From contig CP075492.1 of assembly GCA_021613535.1 (NCBI GenBank), positions 14,260,001-14,324,000 on the forward strand: a stretch of 64,000 nucleotides of DNA, written 5' to 3'. Within the stretch, counting starts at the first letter, position 1. Every line of letters starts with the position of its first letter. The DNA is from Adineta vaga (lineage: Eukaryota; Animalia; Rotifera). Positions 36,961-49,000 of this stretch are shown in pieces. The position numbers and the translations under genes were made by a program. A model generated the notes under the pieces. It saw only the letters and a list, made by a program, of their open reading frames with translations, made no database searches and was not told the DNA's origin.

Positions 36961-39643
36961 TTTATGCCATATCAACATTAACTCAATTACCAAACACAAA
37001 GATGAACTCCTAGCCAGATTCTCCAAATACGATATTATCTCTGTTAATGAAACTAATCTAAAGAGCGAAAGACCATTCACTCTTTTTGGTTATAACATCT
37101 TCAGAAATGATCGAATAGGACAAGCTGGGGGTGGAGTATTACTAGCAGTGAAACAACATATCAAGTGTCAAGAAGTACTAAACAAAACAACCTGCAAGAA
37201 TGAAGCGATAGCAGTAGAGATTCGAACTAAATCATTCAAATCAATACTAATATCCTCCATTTACGTACCACCAAAAGCAAAGATCGATATCAACTTATTC
37301 CACGAACTTTATAACGTCAACAACAACTGCATTATCATGGGTGATCTTAATGCAACATTATATAATATGGGATCACAACAAGCTAATGCTAGAGGAAGAC
37401 AGCTGCAAGAATTATTTAAAGATGGTCTTATTGATTGTGTCGACGATGATAGTCCAACTTTCGAAAAAAATGATTATGAAGTTAAACTAGATTGGATTCT
37501 AGCAAGTCAACCACTTCTTTCATTCATATCAAACGTTGAGACTCATCCAACAATCGGTGCATTAAATGGCCATAAACCATTAACATTTGATATTCCTTGC
37601 GGAGCTGAACCCAAACCGGCTTCGTCAAGAATTTCATTTAATTTCAAAGCAGCAAAATGGTCAAAATTTAGGTGCAAGTTAGATCAACAACTGATGCTGT
37701 GGAAAAATGATCATCATTTAGATTCAACAGCAGACATAGAAGAATATACATCATTCATTACCACTAGTATACTAGAAGCAACAAAAGAAGCCGTTCCACA
37801 AACAAAGCAGATGATCCGAACGTATACACCAAGTGAAGTATCGATAAGCCTGATAAAACAAAAACATCAAGCATATCGAAAATGGAAGAAGACTGGAAAC
37901 AACTTAGATAAACATCTATATTACAATTCCAAAGTCTTGCTTACAAATTCACTTAGAAACGACAGAAGAAATAACTTCAACAAGTTAATGTCATCTTTAT
38001 GCCATAAGAAAATGTATTCGGACAAAGTTTGGTTGACGGTGCGCAAGTTCCACAACAAAAGGATCAAGCAAACCTACGCCAACATCATGAAATACAACAA
38101 TACAACTGCAACATCAGACAAGGAGAAAGCAGACTTATTTGCAGATTACTTCGAAAATGAAGTCTACTCTCACACTGCTAATACGTTGCCACTTCATGAT
38201 CAAGTAACACGCCAAGCAAACAAAGTCAAAAGTAAAACTATAACCTCTTCAAACACATCAAAGTGGAAGCAAATCAAAGAAAAAGAAGTCAAAAATCATA
38301 TAAGACAACTTAGAAATAGCTCCACTGGTCCAGACAACATTCATAACCGATGTTTGAAGAATCATTCAAAATTACTGGTACAGCATCTAACAAATCTGTT
38401 TAATGCAATTTTGAAACAAGGTTATATTCCAGCAATGTGGAAAAAGGCTAATATTATTCTTCTATTAAAGCCAAAGAAAGACAAACAACAACCGTCTAGC
38501 TATCGACCGATTAGTCTCCTTAGTTGCTTAGGCAAACTATTGGAGAAAATAATCAAACAACGTTTAATGCTCGAACTTGAACGACGAAACATCTTACCAC
38601 AACATCAAGCCGGATTTAGACCAGGTAAAAGCACTATATACAACATCGTGCGATTAGAAAGATACGCTGCAGGACAACTTAGACGACCACGTCGACGACG
38701 TCACTCAGCTGTCATTCTTTTCGACATCAAAGCCGCATTTGATTCGGTATGGCACGATGGTTTGATATACAAGCTTAATGGTCTACGTCTTCCCTGTTTC
38801 ATCATCAACTATCTGATCTCATTCTTAAGCAATAGAACGGCTGCAATTGAAATCGAAAATATATTATCACGTCCGTTTAATCTGAAGAGCGGTACACCAC
38901 AAGGATCTCCGTTATCACCATTACTTTATATTATGTATACGGCAGATTCGATGAATGGAATACCAACTCATACAGAACATGGGTTGTTCGCCGACGACAC
39001 TGCATTATGGACATCTGGCAACACCTTAACAAATCTTAACACCAGATTACAACAATCCATAGATGCATTCGAAAGTTGGTGCAAGTCATGGAAATTAAAA
39101 CTTCAACCAACTAAGACAGAGCTGATACACTTCAGCATACATCCAAGAAAACACTACAAGAATCCAGTGAAAGTTAAAGTTGAAGACACCATCATCAAAC
39201 CACTGGACTCCACACGTTACTTGGGTGTAATTATAGATAAAAGATTAAAATGGCGAGCACATCTCGAACATATTGAAAGCAAGATTGCTCCTCGGATCGG
39301 TCTACTTCGATATCTTTCGAGAACAGCATATGAACCCAACAATAAGACGATGATAAATATTTTCAAATCAATTGTACGCACAGTTATCATTTATGGACAT
39401 CCTATTCTCCTTACTGCTGATCAAAAAGTATGGGACCGTTTACAAATCATGCAGAATAAAGCAATTAGAGCTGCACTCGGACTACCCATATATACATCTG
39501 TCAAATATATCCACAAGATCAGCAACATTCCAAAAATCAAAGATTATGCAATAGGACTACTTAAACATACACTTCAAAAGGCAACAACAAACAACGACAT
39601 TACACTGAAGAATCATCTACAATGCATCTTAGACAAAATTTAA
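36953..39643 (+). CDS. LINE ORF2, AP endonuclease + reverse transcriptase
   Basis: EN motifs NINS, NET, GGGV, MGDLNA, LDW. RT motifs YRPISLLS, QAGFR, FDIKAAFDSVWH, GTPQGSPLSP, FADD, YLGV. No RNase H or C-terminal CCHC seen. Overlaps ORF1 by 8 nt. Confidence 0.96.
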   Translation: MLSLCHININSITKHKDELLARFSKYDIISVNETNLKSERPFTLFGYNIFRNDRIGQAGGGVLLAVKQHIKCQEVLNKTTCKNEAIAVEIRTKSFKSILISSIYVPPKAKIDINLFHELYNVNNNCIIMGDLNATLYNMGSQQANARGRQLQELFKDGLIDCVDDDSPTFEKNDYEVKLDWILASQPLLSFISNVETHPTIGALNGHKPLTFDIPCGAEPKPASSRISFNFKAAKWSKFRCKLDQQLMLWKNDHHLDSTADIEEYTSFITTSILEATKEAVPQTKQMIRTYTPSEVSISLIKQKHQAYRKWKKTGNNLDKHLYYNSKVLLTNSLRNDRRNNFNKLMSSLCHKKMYSDKVWLTVRKFHNKRIKQTYANIMKYNNTTATSDKEKADLFADYFENEVYSHTANTLPLHDQVTRQANKVKSKTITSSNTSKWKQIKEKEVKNHIRQLRNSSTGPDNIHNRCLKNHSKLLVQHLTNLFNAILKQGYIPAMWKKANIILLLKPKKDKQQPSSYRPISLLSCLGKLLEKIIKQRLMLELERRNILPQHQAGFRPGKSTIYNIVRLERYAAGQLRRPRRRRHSAVILFDIKAAFDSVWHDGLIYKLNGLRLPCFIINYLISFLSNRTAAIEIENILSRPFNLKSGTPQGSPLSPLLYIMYTADSMNGIPTHTEHGLFADDTALWTSGNTLTNLNTRLQQSIDAFESWCKSWKLKLQPTKTELIHFSIHPRKHYKNPVKVKVEDTIIKPLDSTRYLGVIIDKRLKWRAHLEHIESKIAPRIGLLRYLSRTAYEPNNKTMINIFKSIVRTVIIYGHPILLTADQKVWDRLQIMQNKAIRAALGLPIYTSVKYIHKISNIPKIKDYAIGLLKHTLQKATTNNDITLKNHLQCILDKI

Positions 39644-39769
39644 AAAAAGAAATCACCAACCATTACATATAATAGTAACATCGAGAGAATAGACTATTCT
39701 TGTGTCAGTCGAATCGATGTAAAAAACGATATATCGCAATCAAATATACTATTCAGCTACTTCGTTTAA

Positions 39770-40110
39770 CTCGTTCTTATACAAAATAAGAAGTCGATTC
39801 AATCTATATGCTGTATCGTTCTTTCGTTCTATTCAGTTATTTATTGATCGCATTCTTATATATAATATAATATCGAGCCAATCTTTAAACCGATCCATGT
39901 ATACAGCAAATTCTTTTACTCGTTCTTATATACAATATGATATCGAGTCAACGTCTTGGCTGATCCTTACAATATCCAGTAAATTCTTTGCTCGTTCTTA
40001 TATACAATATGATATCGAGTCAACGTCTTGGCTGATCCTTACAATATCCAGTAAATTCTTTGCTCGTTCTTATATGCAATATGAAATCGAGTCAATATAT
40101 TTGCTGATTT
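39770..40110 (+). repeat. 72-bp tandem repeat in the LINE 3' UTR
   Basis: cgttcttata recurs at 39921, 39993 and 40065 (period 72); two identical units plus degenerate flanking units. Confidence 0.9.
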
Positions 40111-42594
40111 AAAACATGTCACATACAATCCAGCTTCTTTTCTCTTCCTCTCCAATCTATCCACATAGTACCACTATATCTTCTGTTTTCTGTTTTCTTT
40201 TTCTTTTTCTTCTACCACATATGTAAGACTTTACACGCGTCACCCCATCTACACTCACTATTGGCATATAAAATTTTTCTCGTTCTTATTACTATTTCAC
40301 GGACAAAAGACATATGTCATGTGTCCTTTTTTTTTCTCTACTCCAGCTTATGTAGAAGTACAATACCATCCGTTGACTTTATGTTACAGTGTTGTCGTTT
40401 TTTACAATAAAGCTTTGTTACCAAAAAAAAAAAAAAAAAAAAAATATTTGCATTTCTCTCGCAATATTACAATTGATTCTATCGGAGTTAGTCAAAAGAA
40501 AGAAATTTCCACATCGAGTGGCATCTCTTCTGACAGCAAATGTTTATTTATCATTATTCTTCTTCTCCGCATTAGCACTTGAACAATTTGTACGTGCATA
40601 TCTGGGACATCGTTATTTGATAGTATCATTAAGTGATGGAATCTATTGTCAATTTCGTTGTTATTTGCAATGGGTGTCTATTTGTGGAATCATGTATTCA
40701 AATACTTTACAAGGAATCTATCGTTTATGTCAAATTGTTTTTCATACAAAGCAAGTACTTCAATCATTTCATTTCTACATGAAAATGATCGTGATTCAAT
40801 GGATTCTTTGTTTCACAATTCTCATTCCTTCATTTTTTCTTGATGGTTATAAGTATTCGGTAGAGAACTACTATTGTGAAAATGATTATAGAAACATTCG
40901 AAGTACATTCTTTAATGGTACTTTATCTTATATATTTCCTATCGATTTTATGAGTACATGTTATATTTATACATGGAGAAAAATGCATCGAAGAGATAAT
41001 AATTTGTTACAAACAATGTCACGGATTCGAGAGATGAGTGCACGACGTGATCTGATTGTACTTTTTCGAATCTGCATCATTCATGGGTTACTACTGGTAT
41101 TCTTCACACCTTCTGTAATATTACTTTTTATTTATATTGGCACTGGATATGTACCTTGGTGGTCATCACATGTCCAATGGTTTGTTTTGAGTTTCTCCAC
41201 AACTTGCGTTAGTATTGGACTATTATATATTTCACCCCATGTTCGAGAGTTATGGACAAAACGATTTGATCACCATCACCAAGATCAAAGAATTGTACTT
41301 CTTCTTATAAGCGTGATGTGCCCTTTTAATATGCTGAAATGATTATTTTTATGTAATAAATATAGTTGTTTTTATTAGTGCCTAGATGTTTTGTGAGAAT
41401 GAACAAAAAGTAAATACAACAGATAATCCCCTGCCGATCTGCTGTTCGAGATATTAGAGAAAAAACAAATTTTATATTTATCATATATGAACAAGCCATC
41501 TAGAATTTATATATTTTTCGGAACGAAACAAACCAATCTAAGAAAATAGCTAAGAGAAAATCTTTTTTTTCTCAGTACAAAATAAAATAATATCCCGCGC
41601 ATATATGATACATGTAAAGTAAAAAGAATAAAAAATTTATCTTTGAAATATTCATAATTTATTGACTTTCTATCAACCTACTAGGACGTCGACAATCTAT
41701 GAATCGATGCGTATAGACTGAAGATTATCCTGACATGAACAAGTTAGTAGAAACGATGTCAAACGATTTCGAAGATGTGAAACGTGTCGAAGATTCGCTT
41801 TTAGAATGAGGCAAAGTTGGATTAGTTGAGGGAAGTTTAGGTGTAACTGTATATGACATTTGATCACGCTGTTATATTATAGACCACATCCTTTGAACCA
41901 AGCTTTGAATGACTGCGTTCCTTCTGCGGAGTGAGTATTGACGATAGCAATCTGAAAAACTACTTGTGGACGAACGAGATCAATACTGTTTCCTTATCTG
42001 GCATAGCCATAACTTATTTTCATCTACGCAGCATGATTGTTCTTTCTATTAGACTCCTAAATGCTGGTGTATCATAATTTTACAATCGAAGAGAAAGTAA
42101 AACAGATTGATACGGCTGCCAGTTCGAGAGTGAATGGAATAAAATTAATGAGAATTATAGATTTGAAAGCAGAATAAATGACTGAGACGATTTTCACGAG
42201 AAAATGAACAAACATTATAGATTCACATATTTTATCTTTATTATCTTTTTTTCTTTAATTTCCTTGTTGTCATAACATGCTTTTCTCGAATAGAACATAA
42301 ATTAAGATTTAAGTACGTCGACTTTATTTGATTTCTTGTATATCAAATGTGTCAAGGGCCAGAATGAAAGCATAAGATAAGACCATGATATAATTGAATC
42401 TGTTGAACACCGACTATTTCATAATTAGAAACCGTCTATAGACTATTTTCTGGTAAGTAAAATCTACCTAAAACATAATTAAAAATTGCTTTTATCCATC
42501 TTATAAGCTGTAAAAATTTACTGCAGTCTAAATTACTTTTTTCTACAATTGTAAATAATTCAACCTTTGCGTATATTCTCTTTCATCATTCAAA

Positions 42595-43545
42595 ATGAAC
42601 TCGTCGACGTATCAACTACCAAATATTCTTATTGATTGTTCAATTATCACATTCTCAGCAATTACTATTTGCATTTCTCTCGCAATATTACAATTGATTC
42701 TATCTGAGTTACTCGAAAGAAAAAACTTTCCACATCGAGTGGCATCTCTTCTGACAGCAAATGTTTATTTATCATTATTCTTCTTCTCCGCATTAGCACT
42801 TGAACAATTTGTACGTGCATATCTGGGACATCGTTATTTGATAGTATCATTAAGTGATGGAATCTATTGCCAATTTCGTTGTTATTTGCAATGGGTGTCC
42901 ATTTGCGGAATCATGTATTCAAATACTTTACAAGGAATCTATCGTTTATGTCGAATTGTTTTTCATACAAAGCAAGTACTTCAATCATTTCATTTCTACA
43001 TGAAAATGATCGTGATTCAATGGATTCTATGTTTCACAATTCTCATTCCTTCATTTTTTCTTGATGGTTATAAGTATTCGGTAGAGAACTATTATTGTGA
43101 ATCAAATTATAGAAATATTCCAGTTACATTCTTTAACGGTACCTTTTCTTATTCTCTTCCATTGGAGGTAACGACGACATGTTATGTTTATACATGGAGA
43201 AAAATGCATCGAAGAGATAATAATTTGTTACAAACAATGTCACGGATTCAAGAGATGAATGCACGACGTGATTTAGTTGTACTTTTTCGAATCTGCATCA
43301 TTCATGGATTACTATTGGTATTCTTTGCACCTTCTACAATATTATTTTGTATTTATATTGGCACTGGATATGTACCTTGGTGGTCATCACAAGTTCAATG
43401 GCTTGTTTTGAGTTTCTCGACAACTTGCGTTAGTGTTTTATTACTATTTGTATCACCTTATGTTCGAGAATTATGGATAAAACGATTTCATCGTCAACAT
43501 CGTCACGATCAAACAACCGTACAAATTATTATGAGAGTGATGTGA
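42595..43545 (+). CDS. Rhodopsin-like 7TM GPCR, paralogue 3 (intact)
   Basis: 316-aa ORF nearly identical to paralogue 1. Confidence 0.88.
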   Translation: MNSSTYQLPNILIDCSIITFSAITICISLAILQLILSELLERKNFPHRVASLLTANVYLSLFFFSALALEQFVRAYLGHRYLIVSLSDGIYCQFRCYLQWVSICGIMYSNTLQGIYRLCRIVFHTKQVLQSFHFYMKMIVIQWILCFTILIPSFFLDGYKYSVENYYCESNYRNIPVTFFNGTFSYSLPLEVTTTCYVYTWRKMHRRDNNLLQTMSRIQEMNARRDLVVLFRICIIHGLLLVFFAPSTILFCIYIGTGYVPWWSSQVQWLVLSFSTTCVSVLLLFVSPYVRELWIKRFHRQHRHDQTTVQIIMRVM

Positions 43546-44120
43546 CCGTTCAATGCACTGAGATCATTATTTGTTAAGTAAATTTCATGTTCCTCTCGCA
43601 CAATTAATTAATTATTTGTTTACTATTATGTCCATGTAGGAATGAGTGATGTCCTAATCGGATTATACCTGGTAGCTCTATTTTTAACCAGTTATTCCCG
43701 AGTATACAGCGACTTGGCGAGTGCTATACACTAAGATGAGTTTGGGTATTGAATGAATACTAGAATGACGTGTATCTTCGTGCTCACTTCCAACCTCGCC
43801 TTCACTCCACCTCATACCTTTATTTATAGAGATAACTTAGCTCTGACAAGCAAATGTTGAATTCTACGTCTCGTCGCATTTTTGAATCAAAAAATACCCT
43901 GCGAGTTATTATTGGTTTGTCCTATAACATGCATTTCGATTTGTATTTCATGATCAAACCGCCATATTTGTCCTCAGAAGACAAAAAAATCTCAATAAGA
44001 CGTCATTACAAATACGTTCATTACTTACTCTAACTGATCTGCTGTCAAAAGCTTTCTCTCTCGCTCACTTTATATTTAAATCTGATTACGATGTTAATTG
44101 AATTCATTTTCTTCTAAGAA

Positions 44121-45056
44121 ATGTCGAATTTGAGCAACATATCTACCGAAGAAACCGAAGAATACTATCCTGATCTTGTCTTTTCATATTCATTTCGATT
44201 TTATCTCTTTCTTATTTCAAATATTCTCTCAATTATCTGTTCTCTTTTTGTTCTTTATTATTTATTATCTCATCGAAACCTGCGTGAATCATTAAATAAT
44301 CATGTTATCATCATTCTGCTCTTTATTTGTTTAACATATGAATTAACAGACGTTCCATTTATTTTAAAATTTTTCTGCTATAGTTTTACTTGGGAATTTT
44401 CAGTTGGCTTTTCATTATTCTGGTCATTTCTTGATTATTCATTGTATGGAACACAATTTATCATATTTTCTTGGGCAACAATTGAAAGACATATTCTTAT
44501 ATTTCATGATCGATGGTTACTTACGAGAAAACGACGTTTTCTTTTTCATTATTTGCCATTAATTATACTTCTTTTATATAGTTTAACATACTATGTTATC
44601 ATTATATTTGTTTCATTTTGTCCATATATATTCTATCGATTACCGGCTTATGGTGTTCCTTTTCCATGCATATATTTCTATTATCCCTTAGTTTCTGTAT
44701 GGGAACTTGTTTGCCATCAGATTATACCTATATTTGTTATAATTACATTTAGCACTGCTCTTCTAATACGTGTTGTATGGCAGAAATCTCATTTAAAACA
44801 GAAAATTCAATGGAGTAAACAACGAAAAATGACTATACAATTATTATCGATTTCATTACTTTTTCTTATATTTAGCGCACCGGGAGTACTTTTAAATATG
44901 TCTTATCATTTATGTGTATCAAGAGATATTGGATCTACTTTTGTGTCGTATGCTTATTTTTTCTCCTATTATGTTGTATTTCTTTTTCCATTTGTCTGCT
45001 TGGAATCATTACCAGAATTTCGAAAGAAATTCAACAAATTAATACATTGCCAATAA
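44121..45056 (+). CDS. Rhodopsin-like 7TM GPCR (different subfamily)
   Basis: 7 TM; LNNH after TM1, WATIERHILIFH at the DRY position, KQRKMTIQLLSIS before TM6, FPFVC in TM7. Confidence 0.85.
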   Translation: MSNLSNISTEETEEYYPDLVFSYSFRFYLFLISNILSIICSLFVLYYLLSHRNLRESLNNHVIIILLFICLTYELTDVPFILKFFCYSFTWEFSVGFSLFWSFLDYSLYGTQFIIFSWATIERHILIFHDRWLLTRKRRFLFHYLPLIILLLYSLTYYVIIIFVSFCPYIFYRLPAYGVPFPCIYFYYPLVSVWELVCHQIIPIFVIITFSTALLIRVVWQKSHLKQKIQWSKQRKMTIQLLSISLLFLIFSAPGVLLNMSYHLCVSRDIGSTFVSYAYFFSYYVVFLFPFVCLESLPEFRKKFNKLIHCQ

Positions 45057-46043
45057 ATTAATAATGATCTCTGAAATTTTTGAATCATGACAAGAATTTT
45101 ATAAAAAAACAATTCAACTCAAAACTGTCGGTTGATGACATTTTGTTTTCCTTTTAAAATTGTTGTGAAATAAAAGTTATTAAAATATGAATTAGTAACT
45201 CTTCTCGAGATTAGTAGATGCCAATTTTAGAAAAGCAATCTCCTGTCGTCAAAGTCACAACTATATTCTAGAGAATATTAAAAATAAAAATTCCGTACTT
45301 TCACCTGAATTCTATGCTTTTCTGCCATCTGTTTATGACAATTCGTCTTGAAATAATACAAACATTCTTCAAACTCCCGGTCGAATCATTTTTATTATAC
45401 ATAAGAAAAAGAAAATATGGCAATGTGCATAATTCGTTTTTAAAAATGATCATTAATCAGCGAATTTCATCAGACTGTTGATAGTAGAGTTATGATTTTA
45501 TCGTGGGAATATATATATGTATACACGTATTTATTTGACATTGTCATGACAAATGAAGCAATTGGAAAAATAGAAGATTTGTTGATAATATGATATAGTA
45601 AAATCAGAGTATCCATTGAATCAATACCTTTAGATGATAATATTTGTTATTTACTTTTCTTTCTATTCTCTTTCAAGCACGTGTTTTTTCATAAAATGCA
45701 TCGCATCGTTTACATATACAAAACTATCACAAAATAAGAAGAACGCAGTTATGGTGTACATATTTCGTCATCTTTTATATTTTCTATTATTTCGTTTCGT
45801 TACATCATTTTATTCTCTTAATGATGCCTATGGTGAAAGTATGACATCATCCTTACCCTATATAGTATACAAAACGTCGATTCATTCGAAATAGATCACT
45901 GCATATAATGTTAATCGTATAGATATCGTTGGTATATAAAAGAAGTATAGTGCCATGTCAAGTCGATGCGGATATTTTTTTCTCCTATTCTGCTAAATCA
46001 AAACGTGTGATATCATTTTTTTCTATTTAGTTGCAATAAAATC

Positions 46044-49000
46044 ATGGAGAAACAATTAAAAACAATCAAACATGTTTATTCAACAGTTTATCATGGTGAA
46101 GAACGTTGTATGGAAGAAGCAAATGTATTACCAATTAATAATGCAATTGTCTATCCAAAGAATCAAATTTTATATAAAAAATCAGATGAAACAATCGATT
46201 TTATCGATATTTCCAATATTGATAAAAATATTTTTTTCGATAAAGGTTCTAATCAAGATACAACTTATAGTAATGTTATACAAAAATATAATCTAGCTAA
46301 ATCTCGATTAACTTTTAATCCCGATGAATATGAATGTGAAATGATTGATAGTGGTGAAAAGTTTATTTTGAATTTAATCAATGAAAAATTACCGACAATC
46401 ATTGCAATCTCGGAAATTTATCCAACATATTTTGATCTCGGATTATGTTCACAAACATCCAATCCAATTTGTATAGATTATAGTCGTAGAACACTTGATA
46501 AATTAATCCATTCAGGTGATATAAACATTACAAGTTCAACAGGCAATTCATTGTTACATTGTATATCTGGTAAATTTAATCCTGAAATGAAATATGTGAC
46601 TATTATATCTGGATATACAAATACTCCATTGTATCGATATATTGAACGACGACCCATTGTTACAATTCTAGATCATGAAAAGAAAATCATTTATGTTGTT
46701 GCTGTTCCATTAGATGAATTTACAATCGGACAATCAACAATATGTTTACCGATTGGTATTACATGTTTAAAAGATGAGAATAATTCGAAACAAAAATTAT
46801 TAATTGAAATTTTTTCGAATACAAAATCTTGTGATAGTTATTTACCCAATTTATCTGATTTGGCTCGAGATACAATTAATCAATCCATTGATACAATAAG
46901 TTCCGATGAACCAATTGAAGAATTAATCGATCAAACTAACACCATCAATCTTTCCTATGCAACAGACGTATTTCATCATACGGAATGTACAATATCATCT
47001 TTGGATAAACATTCTGTTCTTATTTATAGTGGCCTTGATGAAATCGATTATTTTACAAAAAAATTCAATCCAGATATCTTAATTCAATCGATGAATACAC
47101 ATGTTATCTATAGAAAACAAGATGATAAATATGAATTACATTCTGAATATCATAATCTTAATTCCAATGAAGAATTAAATCTTGGTCAACAACATTTTCC
47201 AAATTTATTACCCATGGAAGGTGGTGCGATTCTATTCGCAAGTAAAACTGTACCAAAATTAAATTCAAATCAAATGATGATCGATAAAATACATGAAAAC
47301 GTATTTGAAAATACACTTCCAATATTTATCATCGGTAAAATGGATGATTTATGTCGTCAAGTTGCAACAAAATTCAAAATCAATGCTATTTACATTCGTC
47401 TTGTCGATTATCCCGATGAAGATATTATGATCGATGATATTAAACGAAATGAATTCTTCGAAAATGTTTGTATGAATGGTGTGACAGCATATGCTGGACC
47501 ATTATCACTTGTTCTTATTGCTACAATGAATCCGAAAAGCGATCATTTTCAATATTTTTATGTTGATGGTATTCGATATGAAAATTTCATTGACTCAATT
47601 CCATTATTTGGTACAGATATTACGACGGTAATTGAAAATAATCTGATGAATTATATTGGAAATAACGCATTGAAGAATTCAATTGTTAATCTTAACGAAG
47701 AAAATGTTTTTTACAAGAAAGAATTTGTTTCATTTGCAAATTTCAAAAATCATTTGCTTACAATGACATTAGATGAAATTACTCGGAATAAATATGAAAT
47801 TCTCGATGTTATTTCACAATGTCAACGAATTTTTTCGAATGAAATTATGACTAAATATTCGAATGAATTAGTTTTATTATTAGAAAAGAAAATCAATGAA
47901 ACGATTTGTGAATATAAGAAATCTTTGAGTTTTAATTTGGATTTTACTATGATTAATAAACAAAAATTAACAAATGAAACAAGTCGAATAAAGGGTTTGA
48001 TAAGAAAATTAAAACAGAATACTCAAGAATTAGTGGATAAAATTGGTTTAGCTATATCCAAACGAAAACAATCATCGATTCGTTTTAATCTAACTCAATT
48101 GAAGAAAAAAGAAACAATTAAACAAAATGTTCAACGAGCTTTAAACATGTCGAATGATGATTTTACTGAATTATTAGAAAAACTTTGTGAACAATCCGGT
48201 GTTTTATGGTTAAATTTAGATTCGAATTATTTACTTTTAATGTTAAAAGCAGTTCAAGAAAATGAAATTCAAAAATATTTGATTGAACCTATTTTACCAT
48301 TGATTAATTGTCGTAATGGTGATTTTAATATTGATTCATTTACAATTTCCATCTTATTAGAACAGACAGCATCGGAAAGATTAGATCCTATTCGACCACA
48401 ACAAACCAATGATATTGTAACAAGTCTACCAGTATCAGCTACAGCTGATGGTTTACGAACAAGTTCATGGTTTTTTCCATTAATTGATCAATATAAAAGT
48501 TTACAAACACCTTATGATATTCATTGGATTAATGAAGCTAATAATACCGATATAGCAGCATGTCGTATTATATCAAGAAGTACGATTTCCAGTGCATCAA
48601 TCTTACGAGATTTACAATTGAATATTGAACCACAAAATAAAAATATTACATGGTTTCTAATCTATATAACATTAGGAACAATAGATGAATTAATTAAACA
48701 ACGAAAAACGATTAATATCAGTGAAAATGATTTTAATGATACATTTTCAATTAATATTCGATGTTTATTTTGTAATCTATTGACATATACAGCTTCGGGA
48801 AATGTTCCTGCATCATTTGTTTGGCAATTATTTACTCGAAATATTCGTCCAGATTTACCAAAAGAAAATTTCGAATGGGGAATTTATGTTCGTATGATTG
48901 AATATGTTGAATATACGGGATGGAATTTAGATCAATTGAAAGTAAATATTCGTGCATTATTATGTCGAGTATTGAATAAAATTGTTCTGAAAGCGACGGA

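Larger units (their letters stand above)
35282..40444 (+). mobile_element. Full-length non-LTR retrotransposon, jockey-group (Hebe-like), ~5.16 kb
   Basis: 13-14 bp TSD tatttgcatttct(c) at 35269 and 40445. 5' end CATTTCG. Two intact ORFs. AATAAA at 40406 and 22-nt poly(A) at 40423-40444. Confidence 0.95.
35198..41342 (+). pseudogene. GPCR paralogue 2, interrupted in TM1 by a LINE (5' part 35198-35281, 3' part 40445-41342)
   Basis: MNSSTYQLPNILIDCSIITFSSITICIS at 35198 continues as ICISLAILQL.. after the poly(A) at 40445. Confidence 0.92.

Noticed and set aside
35468-37080. Antisense ORFs over LINE ORF1/ORF2, and similar shadow ORFs over GPCRs and other genes
   Set aside because: Shadow frames without motifs.
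39897-40112. CRISPR-like array or third LINE ORF
   Set aside because: Head-to-tail 72-bp units with no unique spacers and no cas genes; the ORF is a by-product of the period.
43630-43850. Possible solo LTR (TG..CA, TATA on the minus strand)
   Set aside because: No matching TSD for any TG/CA pairing and no second copy in the window.
45923-45938. 16-mer atatcgttggtatata shared with 18605-18620
   Set aside because: A few such matches are expected by chance in 64 kb of AT-rich DNA.
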